DNA of 20,000 nucleotides from an uncultured virus (IMG/VR IMGVR_UViG_3300010885_010158) (Duplodnaviria; Heunggongvirae; Uroviricota; Caudoviricetes): the IMG/VR virus record IMGVR_UViG_3300010885_010158; one strand, written 5' to 3'. A program made the position numbers and the translations under genes. Below the pieces are notes generated by a model. The model saw nothing but the letters and a program-made list of their open reading frames with translations. It ran no database searches and was not told the DNA's origin. This document shows, piece by piece, positions 14,249-20,000 of the stretch (the stretch's first letter is position 1; each line of letters begins with the position of its first letter).

Positions 14249-14395
14249 TTTGTTAAGTGTTATCAAAGGTATCGTTATAGGACGCTATAACTATGCGGGT
14301 CCAACTGGCGAGGAACGGATCCTAATATAACTGCTATTCGCTATGGGATGGAAGCACCAGACCCCTAAATTGGCACGATAACACTTAACAAATGG
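14246..14395 (+). ncRNA. Unidentified structured RNA 2 (about 150 nt)
   Basis: Perfect 19-bp inverted repeat CCATTTGTTAAGTGTTATC/GATAACACTTAACAAATGG enclosing 112 nt with internal hairpins; fills the Glu-Tyr spacer. Confidence 0.65.
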
Positions 14396-14477
14396 AGAAT
14401 GAGCAGCATTGGCGACTGCAGCAGACTGTAAATCTGTGTCCTCTGGAAACTTGGTTCGACTCCAAGATTCTCCACCA
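14394..14477 (+). tRNA. tRNA-Tyr(GTA)
   Basis: GCAGA-CT GTA AA-TCTGT; long variable arm; A73; CCA. Confidence 0.92.
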
Positions 14478-14481
14478 AATT

Positions 14482-14556
14482 GGTCTCATAGTATAACGGT
14501 TAGTACGGTGGCTTGTCACGCCACTAATAGGAGTTCGATTCTCCTTGGGACCGCCA
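14482..14556 (+). tRNA. tRNA-Asp(GTC)
   Basis: GTGGC-TT GTC AC-GCCAC; G73; CCA. Confidence 0.93.
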
Positions 14557-14562
14557 AGTTAT

Positions 14563-14637
14563 CGCGGGGTAGCTCAGTAGTAGAGTGCTGGACTCATAAT
14601 CCAGAGGTCGGTGGTGCGATTCCATCTCCCGCAACCA
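14563..14637 (+). tRNA. tRNA-fMet-like (CAT)
   Basis: CGCGGGG 5' end with C1:A72 mismatch; CTGGA-CT CAT AA-TCCAG; T-loop TGCGATT; CCA. Confidence 0.85.
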
Positions 14638-14675
14638 TTGATATATAGCTATACAATAACAAAGAGGACTTATGT

Positions 14676-14855
14676 ATGAATGAAGAAAATAAAGTAGTCG
14701 AAGAAGAATTAGAATTAGAAAAAGAAAAGAAAGAACAAAAACATAAAGTTGTATTACCTCATCAAAAAATTAAAGGCGTTGTTCCACAAAAGAAAATGCC
14801 TAAACAAGTTTTCAACAAAAAACCAATGACAAGAAGTGCAGGTAGAGGTAGGTAA
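14676..14855 (+). CDS. Small charged protein, 59 aa, ending TRSAGRGR; not in ORF track
   Basis: AGAGGA SD; MNEENKVVEEELELEKEKKEQKHKVVLPHQKIKGVVPQKKMPKQVFNKKPMTRSAGRGR. Confidence 0.7.
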   Translation: MNEENKVVEEELELEKEKKEQKHKVVLPHQKIKGVVPQKKMPKQVFNKKPMTRSAGRGR

Positions 14856-14856
14856 T

Positions 14857-15078
14857 ATGTCAAGCAGAGAGGCTGGTAAAGGTTCTAAGCCAAGACCATA
14901 TAGTGTAAGTCAAGAAGAATTTGATAATAACTGGGATAACATCTTTAAAAAATCAAAGGTCAACCTTCCAGAGTATCAACTAAATAAATCGACAGGAGAA
15001 GTAGAATCTATTCCTGTATTAGAAAATGAAGAAATGTGGTCTCAACGCGTCATCGATGAAGAAAGTTCTGTAGATTAA
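14857..15078 (+). CDS. Small phage protein with GKGSKPRP...NWD.IF motif
   Basis: GAGGT SD; start reassigned to ATG 14857. Confidence 0.75.
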   Translation: MSSREAGKGSKPRPYSVSQEEFDNNWDNIFKKSKVNLPEYQLNKSTGEVESIPVLENEEMWSQRVIDEESSVD

Positions 15079-15623
15079 TGAATAATTATATTTCAGTTTT
15101 CGATAATGTTTTAGAAGAAGATTTTTGTGCACGTTTAGTCGATAAATTTGAACGCAATAAACAAATTTGGGTTCGAAGAGATGACAAATTTAAAACGTTC
15201 CACGAAATTAATTTTGGACAATATCCAACATTTGCTGAAGAACAGAATGAAGTACTTGCAAAAGTACAACCTTATGTTGCTAAGTATGTTGAAAAATGGA
15301 ATATTAAATTTTTCCCCGACCAAATCGGATTCGAACAAATCCGTATGAAAAAATATGAAATAGGCGGAGCAGATGAGTTTAGACCTCACGTCGATGTTGG
15401 AGATCATGCATCAGCTCGCAGATTCCTCGTCATGTTTTTCTATTTAAATAATGTCGCTGAAGGCGGAGAAACTGCTTTCAGCGGTATCAACGACGACATT
15501 CGTATTCAACCCAAAACTGGTAGATTGCTAATGTTCCCTCCAATGTGGACGCATCCTCACGCAGGTTTGCCTCCTATCACAAATTCAAAGTATATCGCAG
15601 GTACATATCTGCACTACACTTAA
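15078..15623 (+). CDS. 2OG-Fe(II) oxygenase (prolyl-4-hydroxylase-like)
   Basis: HVD motif, FYLNNV.EGGET.F, PKTGRLLMFPP, distal H, KYI. Confidence 0.92.
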   Translation: MNNYISVFDNVLEEDFCARLVDKFERNKQIWVRRDDKFKTFHEINFGQYPTFAEEQNEVLAKVQPYVAKYVEKWNIKFFPDQIGFEQIRMKKYEIGGADEFRPHVDVGDHASARRFLVMFFYLNNVAEGGETAFSGINDDIRIQPKTGRLLMFPPMWTHPHAGLPPITNSKYIAGTYLHYT

Positions 15624-15641
15624 ATTAATGCTGCAGGCCTA

Positions 15642-15670
15642 TGTACTGCAGGATATTTTTGTGGTATAAT
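15642..15670 (+). promoter_or_regulatory. sigma70-like early promoter
   Basis: TGTACT-17 nt-TATAAT with TG extension. Confidence 0.75.
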
Positions 15671-15697
15671 ATACCATGTATAGCCAAAAGGTGTCTT

Positions 15698-16606
15698 ATG
15701 AAAATCGCAATTTGCTCAGATGTCCATCTAGAATTTGGACAACTTGAACTAGAGAACACACAGAATGCTGAAGTTCTTATTTTATCTGGTGATATTTGTA
15801 CTGCTGTTGACCTTCGTGTTACCGATAGTATTTTATCTTCTGCTAAAACTGATAGGTATCTTGAGTTTTTTACTGCTTGCTCTCGTAACTTTCCTCATGT
15901 GGTTTATGTTATGGGTAATCACGAGCACTATCATGGTGACTTTGCTACTTCTATTGGTTATCTGAAAGATGCACTAAAGCATCTAGAGAATATTCATGTT
16001 CTTGATAAAGAAGTATTCACGCTTGGAGATTATGTATTTCTAGGTGGTACTCTTTGGACTGATATGAATAAGGAAGATGAGATGACTATGAATCATGTTT
16101 CTCGTCGTATGAATGACTTCCAGATTTGTAAAAATAGTCTAAGAAAAGTTAATTTCAAAACAGAAGAACCAACTCTTGACGAGAATGGTGTTCACAAGAA
16201 AAAAGAGAATGGTGCTGGTATGTATCATGCAGTCTTCAAAACTCGTGAAGCAACTTTGTCTCCAGCAGATGCAGTTGAAGATCACAAAGCAATGTTAAAG
16301 TTCATTGAGACTAGTTACAATATGACTCCTCCATCGATGAAAACTATTGTAGTAGGACATCATGCTCCAAGCAAAAGCTCTGAACATCCTCGTTATGCGC
16401 ATGATACACTAATGAATGGTGCATACAATTCTAATTTAGATCAATTCATTATGGATCGGCCAGGAATTAAACTTTGGACCCATGGTCATACTCATGAAGA
16501 CTTTGACTATATGATTAAAGGTTGTCGCGTTGTTTGCAATCCTCGTGGTTACATCAACTACGAGGATCGTGCAGATCGTTTTGAATTAAAATTTGTAGAG
16601 GTTTAA
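15698..16606 (+). CDS. Calcineurin-like metallophosphoesterase
   Basis: SDVHLE, GDI, GNHE, HHAP, HGHTH, CNPRGY motifs; start reassigned to ATG 15698. Confidence 0.92.
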   Translation: MKIAICSDVHLEFGQLELENTQNAEVLILSGDICTAVDLRVTDSILSSAKTDRYLEFFTACSRNFPHVVYVMGNHEHYHGDFATSIGYLKDALKHLENIHVLDKEVFTLGDYVFLGGTLWTDMNKEDEMTMNHVSRRMNDFQICKNSLRKVNFKTEEPTLDENGVHKKKENGAGMYHAVFKTREATLSPADAVEDHKAMLKFIETSYNMTPPSMKTIVVGHHAPSKSSEHPRYAHDTLMNGAYNSNLDQFIMDRPGIKLWTHGHTHEDFDYMIKGCRVVCNPRGYINYEDRADRFELKFVEV

Positions 16607-16607
16607 T

Positions 16608-16943
16608 ATGAGCGATTATACGCCAGACAAATGGGTAGTTATTAAGATTACTGTTAAAGATTATCCATCAATTCATAAAGTGTTTGCTTGTTGGTATGGT
16701 GGATATGCTGGTTCAGATTCTTGGAAACTAAACAGCGGTATTACTAAGGCAACTCTCGAAGGAAATTGTTATTTTTTCGAGGGTTATTCTGGCTCTGTTT
16801 ATAAGTGTCATAAAGAAACATATGGCACAAATATGTATGGCCATGGAGTATTAAAGAATCTAACTGATAATATTGAAAAAGCTAATGGATCATGTGCTAT
16901 CTTACCTGAAGAAACTAACTGGATGGAATTAAATTATGCGTAA
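16608..16943 (+). CDS. Conserved phage hypothetical protein
   Basis: YTPDKWVVIK, KVFA.WYGGY.GSDSWKLNSGI, GYSGSVY.C. Confidence 0.8.
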   Translation: MSDYTPDKWVVIKITVKDYPSIHKVFACWYGGYAGSDSWKLNSGITKATLEGNCYFFEGYSGSVYKCHKETYGTNMYGHGVLKNLTDNIEKANGSCAILPEETNWMELNYA

Positions 16944-17466
16944 ACAATTGGATGAAGCACTGTGTGCAAAATATCCGCTGATCTTCAAAGATCGTAATGC
17001 AGATATGCGAACTACAGCTATGTGCTGGGGATTTGAGTGCGGGGATGGTTGGTATAACATCATTGATGTTCTTTGTGATCTATTGACTTCTGACTATCGT
17101 CAAGCCAAGAGTCGGTATGAATCTATCAAAGATTTGGTTGGTAAACCACGCTGGGAAGGTAGTGACAATATTGTTACTCAAGAACAGATTGATGAAGCCA
17201 AAATAAAACTAGATGAAGAAACATTGAAGGTTCCAATTGCTTCTCAAGTAAAAGAGAAGTTCGGCGGACTTCGATTTTATGTTCAAGCCGCAACTGATAA
17301 ACATCATCAGTATATTACTTTTGCTGAGAGTATGAGTTATCGTACATGCGAATCATGCGGTGCTGACGGTAAGACATACACTGATGGTTGGCACACAACT
17401 CTCTGCGATATACATGCAGCAATGGCTGGTAAGGAAGAAGAATATGAGTATGAGGAGAATGAATAA
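16936..17466 (+). CDS. Conserved phage hypothetical protein with Zn-binding motif (resembles the T4 NrdA.1 type)
   Basis: FECGDGW, QVKEKFGGLRFY, CESCG...TLCDIH. Confidence 0.7.
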   Translation: MRKQLDEALCAKYPLIFKDRNADMRTTAMCWGFECGDGWYNIIDVLCDLLTSDYRQAKSRYESIKDLVGKPRWEGSDNIVTQEQIDEAKIKLDEETLKVPIASQVKEKFGGLRFYVQAATDKHHQYITFAESMSYRTCESCGADGKTYTDGWHTTLCDIHAAMAGKEEEYEYEENE

Positions 17467-17834
17467 TGTTTTATGGTAAAGATATGGTTGAAGAAGAGTT
17501 TAATGTTCTCCTACAGAAATTAGAACAACAAGAATTGTTTTTGTTTGAACCAATGTCAAGTTATAAAAATGGTGAACGATGGACTGATGAATTTCGCATT
17601 CGTGATGGTCATACTAAACTTGCCGATGGTTCATGGGTTACTATTCATAAAGTAACTACTTGGGTTGAGAAACTCAAGAAAGATACCATAGAGTTGTATG
17701 ACACTTATTTGAAAATTTCTCGTGAGTTAGATATTGTGAGACGACAAAAATATGAAATGGAATACGGTCTTCGAGTTGCAGAAAAGGCACTGAAGAATTC
17801 TCTGGCTTTAACTAAGGAGATGATTAATGAGTAA
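17466..17834 (+). CDS. Hypothetical protein with C-terminal coiled coil
   Basis: TAATG overlap; GAGGAG upstream. Confidence 0.7.
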   Translation: MFYGKDMVEEEFNVLLQKLEQQELFLFEPMSSYKNGERWTDEFRIRDGHTKLADGSWVTIHKVTTWVEKLKKDTIELYDTYLKISRELDIVRRQKYEMEYGLRVAEKALKNSLALTKEMINE

Positions 17835-18276
17835 GCCAAAATCATGGGTTTGTGATGTGAAAGAAAAAGATGGAGAACACTACATTGAATTCACTGATGA
17901 AATGTTAGAAGGTTCTGGTTTTAAAATTGGTGATGAATTAGATTGGATAGATAACAAAGATGGGAGCTTTACTTTGACTAAGAAAAAGATAAATACTGTA
18001 TGGGTAATGGTTGAAACTGTTAGTATGTTTAGACAACGATATGTTGTACAAACACCAGCAGATAATCCAGAATATGCTCTTGACGATGTAACCATGGAAA
18101 CTGCAAAAGAATTCTCACAAGAATGGATCGGTGAACAGATCATAAGTCATCGAGTGGTGTCTCAAGAAGAAGCACTACATCAATGTGATAAAGATAATGA
18201 TTACGCAATGTCTTGGTCTGATGACCATAAACTTGACACATTTTTCACTAAAGAAGGAGAAAGACGAGATGTCTGA
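17827..18276 (+). CDS. Hypothetical protein with N-terminal AbrB/MazE-like domain
   Basis: YIEFTDEML...GFKIGDELDW...DGSFTLTK pattern; TAAGGAG SD. Confidence 0.7.
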   Translation: MSKPKSWVCDVKEKDGEHYIEFTDEMLEGSGFKIGDELDWIDNKDGSFTLTKKKINTVWVMVETVSMFRQRYVVQTPADNPEYALDDVTMETAKEFSQEWIGEQIISHRVVSQEEALHQCDKDNDYAMSWSDDHKLDTFFTKEGERRDV

Positions 18277-18490
18277 TGGCATATCTGAAATGTATAAAGA
18301 AGAATACGAAAGAAAACATAAAACCGCTATAGAAAAACTATCTGCTAAAGGTTACGAACAAATTTACCTTTCCTTAAAAGATATGCAATCAGATATGCAA
18401 ATACTATATCATGACGAAAAGATGCAGCTCGCGCGCAATCAATGGGCAGCATTCAATAGGATTAATCAAGCATTGAAAGAACTTTTATGA
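18269..18490 (+). CDS. Hypothetical protein
   Basis: AAGGAG SD before ATG 18269; ATGA overlap with the next ORF. Confidence 0.6.
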   Translation: MSDGISEMYKEEYERKHKTAIEKLSAKGYEQIYLSLKDMQSDMQILYHDEKMQLARNQWAAFNRINQALKELL

Positions 18491-18852
18491 AAGTAGCAAT
18501 TAATCGTTGTTTCGGTGGATTTGGTATTAGTGCTGAAGCTTTTGAGAAACTATTAACACGTAAAGGTATCGCATTCGACAAAGTTGAATCAGATGAAAAG
18601 AGTTTCATTTTTCGTGTAACTTATTATGCAGCTGGACATTCTGGAGATGATGAACATTACTTATGCGATTACGAATTTTGCAAAGATCGTTCTGATCCAG
18701 ATTTAATCGCAGTGATTGAAGAGTTGGGTGATGCAGCAAATGGTTTTGCTGCGGAAATTGGTATCATAGAAATACCAAATGATGTTAAGTGGCATATTCA
18801 TGAGTATGATGGTATGGAACACGTGGCTGAAAATCATAGGACTTGGAGTTAA
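18487..18852 (+). CDS. Conserved phage hypothetical protein
   Basis: KVAINRCFGGFGIS, RSDPDLIAVIEELG, IHEYDGME.V.E.HRTW. Confidence 0.8.
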   Translation: MKVAINRCFGGFGISAEAFEKLLTRKGIAFDKVESDEKSFIFRVTYYAAGHSGDDEHYLCDYEFCKDRSDPDLIAVIEELGDAANGFAAEIGIIEIPNDVKWHIHEYDGMEHVAENHRTWS

Positions 18853-18854
18853 TT

Positions 18855-19628
18855 GTGAAAGTTTATATTGGTAAACCTAAAAATTGGTTTGGTCCTTATC
18901 AATTAGCAGATGCTCTTTGTTTTTGGGTCAAAGATGTAAAAGATGAATGGGATTTAAAATCTAAACCAGATTGGGTTCACAATTTCGGTGAATGGTTAGC
19001 ATATGGTTCTGTAGAAAAAGAAGATGAGAATATTCCATTTTCTTTTAGTAGAAAAAAAACTAGACCTGAAACTTGGTTATATAAACTATTATTGGTTATT
19101 GATAAAATAAAAAATAAAACCCGCAGTCAATATATCAAAATTGATTATTGGGATACTTGGAGTATTGATCACACTCTTGCTCCAATTATTTTGCCAATGT
19201 TAAAGCAACTTAAAGAAACTAAACATGGCTCTGGTCACATTGACTTAGAAGATGTGCCAGAATCAATGCGATTGATCTCATATGAAGAATACGATGCTCA
19301 ATCATGTTTTGATTTTTATCACAAAGAAAATTTGCAAAACATTAAATGCGATGTACACACTCGTTTTGATTGGGCATTAGATGAGATGATATTTGCTTTC
19401 GAACATTTAGTAGATGATTCGTGGGAAGACAAATATAGTAGTGGTGTTATGGATCACTACAACGAACCGTGTGAATGGGATGCAAACGGTAAACCATTAA
19501 TGTATACTATGAAAGAAGGGCCTGATCATACTTACAAATGTGATTATGATGCGCTTAACAAAGAATGGGATCGTATCAATAATGGTTTAAGGCTTTTTGG
19601 AAAATATTTTAGAACTTTATGGGATTAA
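18855..19628 (+). CDS. Trp-rich conserved phage hypothetical protein
   Basis: GGAG SD before GTG 18855; ID.WDTWSIDHTLA.II.PML.QLK, WALDEMI.AF, GLRLFGKY...LWD. Confidence 0.8.
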   Translation: MKVYIGKPKNWFGPYQLADALCFWVKDVKDEWDLKSKPDWVHNFGEWLAYGSVEKEDENIPFSFSRKKTRPETWLYKLLLVIDKIKNKTRSQYIKIDYWDTWSIDHTLAPIILPMLKQLKETKHGSGHIDLEDVPESMRLISYEEYDAQSCFDFYHKENLQNIKCDVHTRFDWALDEMIFAFEHLVDDSWEDKYSSGVMDHYNEPCEWDANGKPLMYTMKEGPDHTYKCDYDALNKEWDRINNGLRLFGKYFRTLWD

Positions 19629-19632
19629 TGAA

Positions 19633-19827
19633 ATGAATGATTTTTTTAAGATTTTTGCTGTAAGTATTATTGTTGTTTTAGTTGTTTTTGGTTTTCCAAT
19701 TATGACTATTACTGCTATCAACGAATTGTTTAAAACTACTATCGAAGTCAACTTTTGGACATGGTTATCTGCATTTTGGTTAACTGCTATCATCGGCGGC
19801 GGTAGCATATCAAATAGAAAAAAGTAA
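19633..19827 (+). CDS. Small membrane protein (2 TM)
   Basis: Two hydrophobic segments; basic C-terminus. Confidence 0.7.
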   Translation: MNDFFKIFAVSIIVVLVVFGFPIMTITAINELFKTTIEVNFWTWLSAFWLTAIIGGGSISNRKK

Positions 19828-20000
19828 ATGGAATTCGTAATTGGAATATTAGCTGGTGTATTAATATGTTTTATTGTGCTTATATTAATAGCACAAGCTT
19901 TAGCTCGCGCACGAATTAAATACATAGAACATAAAGTCAATGAAGGTATAAAAGCTTTTAAAGAACATGTTATAGATTCTCGTATAGAAGCTGTAGCAGA
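19828..20000 (+). CDS. N-terminal TM protein, 3' truncated by the window
   Basis: MEFVIGILAGVLICFIVLILIAQALARARIKY...; ATG abuts the previous stop; open to the window end. Confidence 0.65.
   Translation, partial: MEFVIGILAGVLICFIVLILIAQALARARIKYIEHKVNEGIKAFKEHVIDSRIEAVA

Noticed and set aside
13942..14395. Identifying the two structured RNAs as tmRNA, RNase P RNA, hammerhead or HDV-like/theta ribozyme
   Set aside because: No tRNA-Ala-like ends or tag ORF, no GAGGAAAGTCC motif, no CTGANGA core, and I could not build a nested double pseudoknot directly after a tRNA 3' end by eye; a covariance search is needed.
14087..14648. Plus-strand ORFs 14087-14290 and 14409-14648
   Set aside because: They run through tRNA genes and structured RNAs, with non-ATG starts and no SD.
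7283..15697. Longer starts given by the ORF track (7283, 8815, 9907, 14836, 15641; likewise 2513, 6141, 6937)
   Set aside because: They overlap promoters or upstream genes; downstream ATGs have SD sequences, stop/start coupling or family-typical N-termini.
1..19940. Remaining minus-strand ORFs and short alternative-frame ORFs (e.g. 969-1160, 3603-3791, 5928-6308, 7734-8063, 15135-15407, 19617-19940)
   Set aside because: They lie within well-supported + strand genes, and I noticed no SD, motif or codon-usage shift supporting them.

Overview
AT-rich, gene-dense, entirely + strand segment of a T4-like (myovirus-type) bacteriophage genome read in the standard genetic code. It begins with a nucleotide-metabolism/replication block (nrdA 3' end, small Cys-rich ORF, nrdB, glutaredoxin, Zn-ribbon protein, GIY-YIG nuclease, T4-type RNase H). 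Next come many small accessory ORFs behind eight copies of a sigma70-like promoter (TKTACW-17 nt-TATAAT), followed by a DenV-like glycosylase, an FmdB-type Zn ribbon, a PD-(D/E)XK exonuclease, a ClpP-like protease and a secreted protein/lipoprotein pair. A 12-gene tRNA array lies at 13223-14637, followed by a 2OG-Fe(II) oxygenase, a metallophosphoesterase and more hypothetical ORFs. The most notable observation is an unannotated 23-codon leader peptide plus mutually exclusive antiterminator/terminator hairpins directly in front of the tRNA array. Its codons match the anticodons of the downstream tRNAs, suggesting a ribosome-stalling attenuator that switches phage tRNAs on when host tRNAs are depleted. 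Also notable are two unidentified structured RNAs inside the array, several atypical tRNAs, a second uORF/terminator unit, and candidate +1-frame overprinted genes in nrdA and the exonuclease. All family assignments come from motif recognition by eye, not from database searches.
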